A DNA stretch of 39,914 bases from Thermoplasmata archaeon (GTDB taxonomy: Archaea; Thermoplasmatota; Thermoplasmata; Lutacidiplasmatales; UBA184), in contig JASHUS010000205.1 of NCBI GenBank assembly GCA_030039865.1, positions 1 through 39,914 on the forward strand. The letters run 5' to 3'. The notes beneath the pieces were generated by a model that was given only the letters and a program-made list of their open reading frames with translations, had not been told where the DNA came from and made no database searches. Position 1 is the first letter of the stretch. Each line of letters opens with the position of its first letter. Positions 26,134 to 33,732 of the stretch are shown in pieces. A program made the translations under genes and the position numbers.

Positions 26134-27864
26134 CTAGGGGTGTCCGTAGACGACCCGCAGCGGGGTCGAGCCGGGCGCCCAGTCCCCGTCGACCCGGACG
26201 AACCCAACGCGCTCGAACTGGAGGATGTCGCGCGGCTGCGCCGCCGCGAGCGCCGCCTCGCCGATCCCGCCCGACCGGCCCCCCTCGGGCGAGAGTACCT
26301 CGACCGGGAGCGCGTCGGCCGCCGACACCCACTGGAGCCGAGGGAGACGCTGGTTGGGGCGGCTCGTGAACGTCGCGCGGATCGATCCGCCGGCTCCCGG
26401 GACCTCGGCCGGCAGGCGCACGTTGACGAGGTCCTTCAGGCGGACCTCCTCGCCCGGGTGGGCTGCGAGGTCCTTCGCGGCGAGGTAGAAGTCGGGCCCG
26501 GCGCGGACCGTGCGCCGTCCGAGCTCCGGCCGGTCCGGATGGTTCGCGAGCTCGACCGAAGCGAGCTCGAACGGGTAGCCGTCGACCCCGACCCGGACGG
26601 GATCGGCCACGAACGAACGGCGGACGGTCGTCGCATCGATCCGCTGGCGGTTCTCCGCGTAGAGCGTCTCCGCGGGCACCTCGATGTCGGCGAGGGAGAG
26701 GCCGAAGGAGAGCGTGAACGCCCGGAGGGCGTCCATCGAGATCCCCCGTCGATCGAGGGACCGCAGCGACCAGGTCCGCGGGTCGGCCCACCCGTCGTAC
26801 TCGCCGGACTTGACCTCGGCGTAGGACTTACTCTTCGAGACCTTGGCTTCGCGGACGCGCAGGATCCCCCAGTGGAGGAACGGCGGGCCGGTGACCCCGA
26901 GGAGGTCCCAGACGTACCGTTCGACGCGGTCCTCCATGACGAGGTCCTTGCCCCGCACGACGTGCGTCACGCCGAGCTCGACGTCGTCCACGACCCACGA
27001 GAACTCGAGGAGCGGCCAGACGCGGATCCGCTGCCCGACGCGCGGATGCACCTGGTCGCTGATCCGGAAGAGCACCCGGTCGCGGAACGCGGGGTCCGGG
27101 TCCGCGAGATCGGTGCGCAGGCGCAGCACCGCCTCGCCGGGACCGTAGCCGTTCCCGAGCATCTTCTCCCATTCCGTGAGCGTCTCCGCGACGGTCTGGG
27201 CACGCTCGGGACACGCCCGCCCGAGCCGACGATTCTCCCGCAGGAGCTCGGGCGGGCAGCGGCAGACGTACGCCCCGCCCTTTTCGATGACGCGCCGGGC
27301 CCACGGGTAGTGCGACGGGATCCGGTCGGACTTGTAGAGGACGCGATCCGGCCGCACCCCGGCGAGCTCGAGATCGCCGAGGATGAGGTCGAAGAACTCC
27401 GGCTCGACCCGCTTCTCCTCCGAGCCGATCGTGTCGTCGAAGACGAGGAGGAGCTCGCCGCCGTACCGCTCGTGGTAGTACTGGTTCACGAAGAGCATCC
27501 GGGCGCTCCCGATGTGGAGGCCCCCGCTCGGGAACGGCGCCATCCGCAGGCGCACCTTGCCCGGCACGGCCCCGGGGAGCTCGGGGAACGTTCCCCCTTC
27601 GTCGCGGGCCGGGCGGGGCGCCCCGGCCTCGGGACCTCCGCGGCGGACGAGCTCCTCCTCGAGCTCGGGCACCGGGCGGCCGGCGAGCTCCGCGACGACC
27701 TGCGACGCGAACGACCGGACCTCCTCCGCCCGCCGCCGCAGGGTCGGCTCGCTCGCCAGGATCCGGCTGACGACCGGGGCGACCTCGGCGACGCCCGCAT
27801 GCGCGACCGCGTTCTCGAGCGCGATCCGCCGCACCCGGTCCTCGACCCCCGGCGGGAGCGGCAC
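26134..27864 (-). CDS. gltX: Glutamate--tRNA ligase (archaeal type)
   Basis: ALENAVAH, RMAPFPSGGLHIGS, FDDT, DPAFRD, THVVRGKD, VSKS, GWADPR, QFERVGF, YGHP; GTG start below a CTTTAACC box. Confidence 0.95.
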   Translation of the reverse strand: MPLPPGVEDRVRRIALENAVAHAGVAEVAPVVSRILASEPTLRRRAEEVRSFASQVVAELAGRPVPELEEELVRRGGPEAGAPRPARDEGGTFPELPGAVPGKVRLRMAPFPSGGLHIGSARMLFVNQYYHERYGGELLLVFDDTIGSEEKRVEPEFFDLILGDLELAGVRPDRVLYKSDRIPSHYPWARRVIEKGGAYVCRCPPELLRENRRLGRACPERAQTVAETLTEWEKMLGNGYGPGEAVLRLRTDLADPDPAFRDRVLFRISDQVHPRVGQRIRVWPLLEFSWVVDDVELGVTHVVRGKDLVMEDRVERYVWDLLGVTGPPFLHWGILRVREAKVSKSKSYAEVKSGEYDGWADPRTWSLRSLDRRGISMDALRAFTLSFGLSLADIEVPAETLYAENRQRIDATTVRRSFVADPVRVGVDGYPFELASVELANHPDRPELGRRTVRAGPDFYLAAKDLAAHPGEEVRLKDLVNVRLPAEVPGAGGSIRATFTSRPNQRLPRLQWVSAADALPVEVLSPEGGRSGGIGEAALAAAQPRDILQFERVGFVRVDGDWAPGSTPLRVVYGHP

Positions 27865-27887
27865 GGGGCGCGCGACCGTTCTCGGGG

Positions 27888-28700
27888 TTAAAGGGATTCG
27901 CGCGGCGGGCCGGGCGGACGCGGGCCGCGGTACGCGGGGTTGCGCTCGATCGTCTCGATGACGGCTTCCGCGAGGGTGATCTCCCCGCGCAGGACCCGGT
28001 GCGCCGAGGTGCGCGAGATCGTCACCCGGCCGTCGCTGCCCTCGCGGCTCAGTCGCTGGAGGTTGGCGATCTCCCCCGGGGTGTACGACTCCGGGATCGG
28101 CTCCCGGACGACGAGCCCGCGGCCGCGGGCGATCTCGCGGGCGGCCGCGGCGTCGCGCGGGCGGCGTCGCCCCCGGGGCGTCGTGCCCTGCTCGTCGACG
28201 AGTTCGACCGTTCGCTGGTGAGCGAGGAGCGCGTTGACGATTCGATTCCGAGCCGGGGGGTCTCCTGTCCCGACGCGGAAGACGACGCGACGGGTCTCGA
28301 ACCGGTGGCGCAAGTGCTTCGCGAAGACGCCCGCAGCCTCGGGCGAGTCGAGGTTCCCCTGACCGATCACGGAGGCGCCGGCGAGGATCGCGTAGCCCGG
28401 CCGGGGACCGGGATCGATCCCGACGACGATCTCCTCCTCCGCCGAGCTCGGTCCGAGGGCGTGCTCCACCGCGGCGCCGAGCGCCCGTCGATCGATCCCT
28501 TCCGAGACGGCGATGACGTTCGAATGGGCGATCGAGGGAGCTTCCGCCGGTGACGTGAGCACGATGGCGACGCTCTCGGGGATCCGGTCCCCGGGAAAAA
28601 GGCTCACCGTGGGCCAGCGTCGGTCTCGGAGAAGTCCCGCCAGCTCGTGATAGAGCGACGGGTCCCGAGTGACGAGTGCGACCGACCGACGTGCCACCAT
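27888..28700 (-). CDS. RNase H-fold protein (YqgF/RuvC-like acidic residues) with extra N- and C-terminal domains
   Basis: IVVGIDPG..GYAIL, VELVDEQGTT, RDAAAAREIA. Confidence 0.65.
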   Translation of the reverse strand: MVARRSVALVTRDPSLYHELAGLLRDRRWPTVSLFPGDRIPESVAIVLTSPAEAPSIAHSNVIAVSEGIDRRALGAAVEHALGPSSAEEEIVVGIDPGPRPGYAILAGASVIGQGNLDSPEAAGVFAKHLRHRFETRRVVFRVGTGDPPARNRIVNALLAHQRTVELVDEQGTTPRGRRRPRDAAAAREIARGRGLVVREPIPESYTPGEIANLQRLSREGSDGRVTISRTSAHRVLRGEITLAEAVIETIERNPAYRGPRPPGPPRESL

Positions 28701-28741
28701 GGTACCTGACGATGATATACGGCATTAACCTTCGCCCCCAC

Positions 28742-29089
28742 GTGCCCGTCTGTCTCCACTGCGGCGAGCTCGCTCCGGAAGGGGCGCTCTTCTGCGCGAA
28801 GTGCGGCTACACGCTTCCCCAGGTCGACGCCCCCGGCGCGGCTCCGGCGCCTGCCCTCCCGGCCCCGCCTCCTTCGATGCCGGGGGCGGCGCCGCCTCCT
28901 CCGCCCCCCGCGCCGACGAGCGCGAGCGCGTTCGTCCCGATCGCGACCCCAGCGTACCTCGTCGCGATCCCGCCGGGCGCCACGGGACCGATCCCGCCGC
29001 CGCCGAGCGGCAAGTACTGCGTCCACTGCCGGACGATCATCGCCCGTGCGGCGGCCTACTGCCCGGTCTGCCAGCAGCCGCAACCGTGA
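28742..29089 (+). CDS. Double zinc-ribbon protein with a Pro-rich linker
   Basis: CLHCG..FCAKCG at the N-terminus, CVHC..YCPVC at the C-terminus. Confidence 0.8.
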   Translation: MPVCLHCGELAPEGALFCAKCGYTLPQVDAPGAAPAPALPAPPPSMPGAAPPPPPPAPTSASAFVPIATPAYLVAIPPGATGPIPPPPSGKYCVHCRTIIARAAAYCPVCQQPQP

Positions 29090-29535
29090 CGACGCGCGGC
29101 CGCCGGGGACGACGCACCGGCGCGATGGTCCGGATCGCCCGGACCCGTGTCTCGGACCTCTTCGCGCTCGCCGAGCGGGAGGCCGCGGGCGGGGACTTGG
29201 CGCTCGCCGACCGCTACGTGCTCCTCGCGCGCCGCGTGAGCACCCGCTACAACGTCCGTCTTCCGCGAACGTACGGCGAGCTGTACTGCCGAGGCTGCTC
29301 GGCGTTCTGGGTCGAGGGCCGCACGGTCCGGACCCGCCTGCGGTCCGGACGGCGGGTCCGGACGTGCCTCAAGTGCGGGCGGGCCCGGCGCGCCCCGCTC
29401 GCCCCGGCTCGATTGTCGACGGTCCCGGCGCCCGGCCGGGGGTCGGAAGGCATCGAGCGGGAGGAGGGGGCGCTCTCGTTCGTCCTCCCCGAGGAAGAGT
29501 CGGAGCTCGCCGACGAGGAATCGGAAGAGGAATAA
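29086..29535 (+). CDS. rnp4: Ribonuclease P protein component 4 (Rpp21)
   Basis: IARTRVSDLFALA..ADRYVLLARRVSTRYNVRLP..YCRGC..TCLKCG; acidic tail. Confidence 0.88.
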   Translation: MTTRGRRGRRTGAMVRIARTRVSDLFALAEREAAGGDLALADRYVLLARRVSTRYNVRLPRTYGELYCRGCSAFWVEGRTVRTRLRSGRRVRTCLKCGRARRAPLAPARLSTVPAPGRGSEGIEREEGALSFVLPEEESELADEESEEE

Positions 29536-29562
29536 CCCCCATTGACACCTCGCCGACGACGC

Positions 29563-29645
29563 GCCGGGGTGGCCGAGCGGCCAAAGGCGGCAGACTCAAG
29601 ATCTGCTCTCGCAGGAGTTCCCAGGTTCGAATCCTGGCCCCGGCA
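29563..29645 (+). tRNA. tRNA-Leu: tRNA-Leu(CAA), intronless, CCA not encoded
   Basis: Acceptor GCCGGGG/CCCCGGC; GCAGA-CTCAAGA-TCTGC; long variable arm; CCAGG-TTCGAAT-CCTGG. Confidence 0.96.
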
Positions 29646-29738
29646 CATGAACCCTCCCCTGGGCGTCGCCGAACGGAATCCTTCCGGGGCCCTCGGCGCC
29701 CTCCGCGAGTTCGATCTTCGCTCGGGGAAGCATCGTCT

Positions 29739-30008
29739 CTAAAGTCCGTAGGCTTCGTCGTGGTGGGCCAATCTTAGCAAACGCACTACCTGTTGTTTGA
29801 GCAAAGGTTCGAAGAGCAGAACATACGATCCTGCGACGTGCACTCGGCGCACTCCTTGAAGGGGGGCATGCAGGGGCTTGTAATGGAGAGGGTTCCGGAG
29901 AATTTGGTCCACCTTGGTTTCGACAGCGCGTTTGAATCCGGCGTTGCGTGCGCAGAGCTTCCGGTAGTCACGCTCGAACTCAGGGGAGACCTCCAGGTCC
30001 CAGCTCAC
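29739..30008 (-). CDS. RelE/ParE superfamily type II toxin
   Basis: LEVSPEFERDYRKL..ILRNPLHYKPL..LQGVRRVHV..YVLLF..LAHHDEAY. Confidence 0.88.
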   Translation of the reverse strand: MSWDLEVSPEFERDYRKLCARNAGFKRAVETKVDQILRNPLHYKPLHAPLQGVRRVHVAGSYVLLFEPLLKQQVVRLLRLAHHDEAYGL

Positions 30009-30241
30009 CGCGACTCACCAAAGACTTCGTTCAGGGATCGGATCTTCCGAAACTTACCCTTCCGGATCCGCTGGAGGTCTGCTGCGAAATCGGGCCGGAG
30101 GGCCGGGTCGAGGATTGTCTCCTCATAGGCGGCGACGATACTCTCGAGTGCCTCCGACTTGCCCTTGAGTCCGTCTCGGGCCTTGACCACATTGACGACG
30201 CGATTAGCGTGCTCCGAGAGCTCCACGACAGCCTTGGGCAT
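30005..30241 (-). CDS. Antitoxin, DUF2683-like (RHH-type N-terminus)
   Basis: MPKAVVELSEHANRVVNVVKARDGLKGKSEAL..LRPDF; GTGA overlap with the toxin; CTTATAT box ~30 nt upstream. Confidence 0.8.
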   Translation of the reverse strand: MPKAVVELSEHANRVVNVVKARDGLKGKSEALESIVAAYEETILDPALRPDFAADLQRIRKGKFRKIRSLNEVFGESR

Positions 30242-30368
30242 AATCCAACGTAACTCCATGTAACGTCGAGATATAAGAGCTATAGGTCCCACGTGCCGTG
30301 TCCAAGAGCGACTGCGGTTAGCGAGGAGATTTTCGCTCGAGTCACGTTCTCGGATTCGATCTTTCCTG

Positions 30369-30386
30369 CGAAGCCTGGCCCCGGCA
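30369..30386 (+). repeat. att-like copy of the tRNA-Leu(CAA) 3' end
   Basis: 17/18 identity to 29628-29645, ending exactly at the discriminator base. Confidence 0.75.
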
Positions 30387-30438
30387 TGCGGACGGCGAAC
30401 CGAACGGAGTTGTGCGGGGACGCCCTACGCGGATCCGG

Positions 30439-31362
30439 TCATCGCGGACCGGCGAGAAATCGTCCCACCGCCTCGGTCACCTGCTCGCGGCACGTGAAGA
30501 CCAAGTCGTCGTGGGTTCCCGGCAGGTTCACGATCTCCACGTTCCGGATCTCGCGCCGTATCCTCTCAATGGACTTTTCCCGCCACGGTGCGATGTACGT
30601 CCGATTCCATTCGAGATTCTCGGCGATCCAGCCCGGGTCACCGCGCTGGACGTCCTCGAACGACGCGGAGAATATCGCGAGTGCGGGCGCGCGGATCTTG
30701 GCATAGTCCCGGGGCTCGGCCATCGCCGCGACGAACGCGGGACGAATTCCCTCCCGAGCGATCATCCGAACGGTTCCGTCGGGCTGGATCTCGATGTCCT
30801 CTCGCATCCAGGCTTCGGTACGGCGCTGGTCCTCCACGCCGGGCAGCAAGGCGCGGGCGTACGATCGGAATGCGTCCCACGACGTCAACGCGCTCGCCGG
30901 CCACCCGGCCTGCAAGTGGGGCGGGAAGGCCCGGATCGCCGCGGCGAACTCGGGGTCGGCCATGTCGTACGCCGCATCCAAGTACACGACGCGGTCAACG
31001 CGCTCCGGGTACGTGCCCGCCAGGCGAGTGATCTCGTTGCCTCCCATGGAATGGCCCACGAGATGGGCGCGAGCGATCCCCAGTTCGTCCATGAGTCCAC
31101 GGAGGTCGTCGGTCAAGGTCTCCGTGTCGCACGGTTCCTTCGCTTCCGAACGACCGTGACCTCGCCGCGCGTACGCGACGACCCGAAAACGATCGGCGAA
31201 GACGGGGGCTAGGTCGTCGAAATAGTGGGGATTCTGGCCCGCCCCGTGAAGGAAGATCAGCGCGGGCCCGGAACCGCCCCAGTCGAGATAGTTCAACCGG
31301 ACGCCGTTGACGCTCGCGTAGCCCGTTTTGTGCGCGGCAGGATCGGACCAGACGTCCGGCAT
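30439..31362 (-). CDS. Alpha/beta fold hydrolase
   Basis: IFLHGAG, RRGHGRS, LVGHSMGG nucleophile elbow, C-terminal GTHD. Confidence 0.9.
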   Translation of the reverse strand: MPDVWSDPAAHKTGYASVNGVRLNYLDWGGSGPALIFLHGAGQNPHYFDDLAPVFADRFRVVAYARRGHGRSEAKEPCDTETLTDDLRGLMDELGIARAHLVGHSMGGNEITRLAGTYPERVDRVVYLDAAYDMADPEFAAAIRAFPPHLQAGWPASALTSWDAFRSYARALLPGVEDQRRTEAWMREDIEIQPDGTVRMIAREGIRPAFVAAMAEPRDYAKIRAPALAIFSASFEDVQRGDPGWIAENLEWNRTYIAPWREKSIERIRREIRNVEIVNLPGTHDDLVFTCREQVTEAVGRFLAGPR

Positions 31363-31669
31363 CCTACGGGCTCCCGACAGCGTGGAACTGCGGGTTCGGT
31401 GGGAAGTCTCGCGTCCTCTCGAGGAATGATGCCTCGCCCGTCCCGGGGGCGCAAGACCATGACCGCGACGCGGCCCGAGCTTCGCGATCAGGATCCGCCC
31501 GGTCGCTCGGGGCCATCGAGTTCGCATCGGACCCGGACTTAAAGGGACTTTTCTCGCTCCTCACGGCACTGCGATTCTGGGACCGGCGACCGTGCGCCGA
31601 GGAACCGAGCCGCGCGCGCTGCGACGAGCGGGGGGGACGTGCACGTCTATCGCGGGCGGGCCCGCCGGA

Positions 31670-32086
31670 TCACCGGGGTATCCGCAGGGGTTCTCTCCCG
31701 AGAAACATCGTAGATCGATCGACGAAGCAGAACTTGTTCCCGAAGGGATCCTTGGCGTAGAACGAGCGCTCCCCCCAGGGCTGGATCTCGATCGGACTGA
31801 GGTCCTCGGCCCCGAGGTCCGTGGCCTTCCGATGAGCGGCCTCCAGGTTTCGGACGCCGAAGTAGATGTGATCCGGGTTGGGACCCAGATCGAAGTCGTC
31901 GGTATCCGCCCGGGGATCGAAGCACGCGAGGATGGTCCCGTCGCAGTCGAAGTAGTGACGCCCCGGGGTGACCCGCACGCCGGGCATTCCGAGGAGCTTC
32001 GCGTAGAACTTCGCGGCCCGGTCGATGTCCGTAACGGGAAGTATCACCCGGAAGAGTTTCGGAGTGTCGCGGGTGGATCGGCCCAT
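31670..32086 (-). CDS. VOC family protein
   Basis: LPVTDIDRAAKFY, HIYFGV, QPWGERSFYAKDPFGN. Confidence 0.88.
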   Translation of the reverse strand: MGRSTRDTPKLFRVILPVTDIDRAAKFYAKLLGMPGVRVTPGRHYFDCDGTILACFDPRADTDDFDLGPNPDHIYFGVRNLEAAHRKATDLGAEDLSPIEIQPWGERSFYAKDPFGNKFCFVDRSTMFLGREPLRIPR

Positions 32087-32221
32087 AGCGCGGCATCGAA
32101 CCCCGGCCCAAAAGTTCCTCGGCCGTGCCGGACGCCGAGCTGCGCTGGCGAAGGTACGGTCGGTCGCTACCGGCCCGCCGCCGGTCGCGGTTCCTTGAGT
32201 GCGATACCCCTGCTCGGTGCG

Positions 32222-32458
32222 TCAGTCGCGCGTCTGCGCGATGCTGGCCATCGCGTACGCGTCTTTCTCCGCGTCGGTCAGATCCCGCATGTGGACGGAC
32301 ACGGTGACGGTGCCCGTGAGCCGGATCGCCAGATGGCTGTCGCCGAGCGTCAAGGTGAGACCCTGCAGATGCAAGTCCAATTGGCTCTGCTTGTCCGATA
32401 GCGCCTTGACGAAGTCCTCGACCATCCCATGGGTTCCTGCCTCTCCCTCCGTCGACAT
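32222..32458 (-). CDS. Hypothetical protein (78 aa)
   Basis: MSTEGEAGTHGMVEDFVKALSDKQSQLDLHL..; protein-like composition; fills the gap. Confidence 0.65.
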   Translation of the reverse strand: MSTEGEAGTHGMVEDFVKALSDKQSQLDLHLQGLTLTLGDSHLAIRLTGTVTVSVHMRDLTDAEKDAYAMASIAQTRD

Positions 32459-32520
32459 CGAGCGCCTCGAATCCCGGAGGGCGCTCGGGGATTTCAACCC
32501 TCGGGCGGCGGCCGAGCGAA

Positions 32521-33534
32521 CTAGGCGATCGCCGGTTCGCGGAGCACGGAGAGGTCGAGCGCCTGCTTCGCGATCTCGTACGTATGGCTGACCGAGCGAT
32601 CGAGGCTCTCGACGACCCGGTGCACGCTCAATAGGTCGTGCCCGGTGAGCTTCGAGAGTCGCGCCAGGAGCTCTTCGAGCTGCTCGCGGAGCCGCAGGCA
32701 GCCATCGATCGCGTCGTTGGCGAGCTCGCTGTCGCTGCCGAAGAGCGCCTCGAAGGCGCCGTCGAGGCGGGCCGTCACCTCGCCGACGCACGCTTCGAGC
32801 TCCCCGTTGAGCCCGGGATCGCGGAGCGGCGTGCCATGGAGGGTCAACGCGCGCTGGGCGAGCTCGACCGCGTCCTGCCCGATGCACTCGAGCAGCTTCG
32901 CGACGAGCCGCAGGTACGGCGCCTCGAGGGAGCCGTCCGGCGCCGGCGGGCCCCCGTTCGTCCGCGACGCGTGCGTGAGCTTCGCGACGATCCAGAAGAG
33001 ACGGTTGAGATCCTCGTCGTGGAGCTCGACGTCCCGCGCGCGGTCGGGGTCGCCGTCCTGCAACGTTCGCAGGGAGTCGGTCAACATCGCGCGGACGACC
33101 AGGTGCATCCGGCGGAGGCAGCGCGCGGCGCTGAGTTCGGACCCGTTCGAGAAATCCTGGAGGACCAGGTGCGTCGGCGTCTCGTCGATGATCTCGGGCC
33201 CGTTGACGAGCCGGCAGAACTCGCGGGCCACCCGACGCGCCGCGATCCGGCCCCGCGGCGGGTACCGGACCTCGATGAGCCGGAAGTTCGTGACGTACGC
33301 GCCGATCAACTTCCGCAGGAGGTGGTCGGACGACCCGATCCGGGCCGCGTCGAACACCTTGCGCTCGTTCGGTGCGTGGTCCGCGGCATCGGCGCGGACG
33401 CAGACGGTCCCGTCGCGCTCGGTATCGATGTAGAGCAGGTCACCGGCCTTGAGACCGCGATCAGCGACCCATCGCCGGGGCAGGGAGACCTGGAACGTCG
33501 AACCCCCGACGAGCTGTAGCTTCCGCCCTTCCAT
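32521..33534 (-). CDS. phoU: Archaeal phosphate uptake regulator (AbrB N-terminus plus PhoU domains)
   Basis: RKLQLVGGSTFQVSLPRRWV, RKLIGAYV, DEDLNRLFW, KLLECIGQ, ESLDRSVSH..EIA. Confidence 0.85.
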   Translation of the reverse strand: MEGRKLQLVGGSTFQVSLPRRWVADRGLKAGDLLYIDTERDGTVCVRADAADHAPNERKVFDAARIGSSDHLLRKLIGAYVTNFRLIEVRYPPRGRIAARRVAREFCRLVNGPEIIDETPTHLVLQDFSNGSELSAARCLRRMHLVVRAMLTDSLRTLQDGDPDRARDVELHDEDLNRLFWIVAKLTHASRTNGGPPAPDGSLEAPYLRLVAKLLECIGQDAVELAQRALTLHGTPLRDPGLNGELEACVGEVTARLDGAFEALFGSDSELANDAIDGCLRLREQLEELLARLSKLTGHDLLSVHRVVESLDRSVSHTYEIAKQALDLSVLREPAIA

Positions 33535-33628
33535 TCTTGGTGCGTCCCCGGTGAGGAAATATCATGCAAAGCGGGGGGTCTTAAGCAGAAAGACGTGCGC
33601 AAAGACCCTACGCGTGTGCAATTTCTGT

Positions 33629-33641
33629 ACGTATTATACGT
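33629..33641. promoter_or_regulatory. AT-rich palindrome ACGTAT-T-ATACGT in the phoU/oxidase divergent region
   Basis: Perfect 6-bp arms overlapping a TTATA box-like element. Confidence 0.4.
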
Positions 33642-33732
33642 CACGCGCCGGCGGTCCGGCGCCGGTCCGGTCCTCACCGGCCCGAGATAAACGCGGGGGC
33701 TGCTCGACCTCCCGACCGGAGCGCCCACGGCG

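Larger units (their letters stand above)
29628..30386. mobile_element. 741-bp integrase-less toxin-antitoxin islet at the 3' end of tRNA-Leu(CAA)
   Basis: CGAA(T/G)CCTGGCCCCGGCA at 29628-29645 and 30369-30386 (17/18); lower-GC interior. Confidence 0.7.

Noticed and set aside
26134..28725. 863-aa GluRS fusion suggested by the ORF track
   Set aside because: The N-terminal ~290 aa is an off-frame read of the 27888-28700 gene; gltX has its own TATA-like box and GTG start at 27864
32096..32109. TCGAACCCCGGCCC as another tRNA-Leu att copy
   Set aside because: 12/14 match only, lacks the acceptor end and lies in the VOC promoter region; plausibly chance
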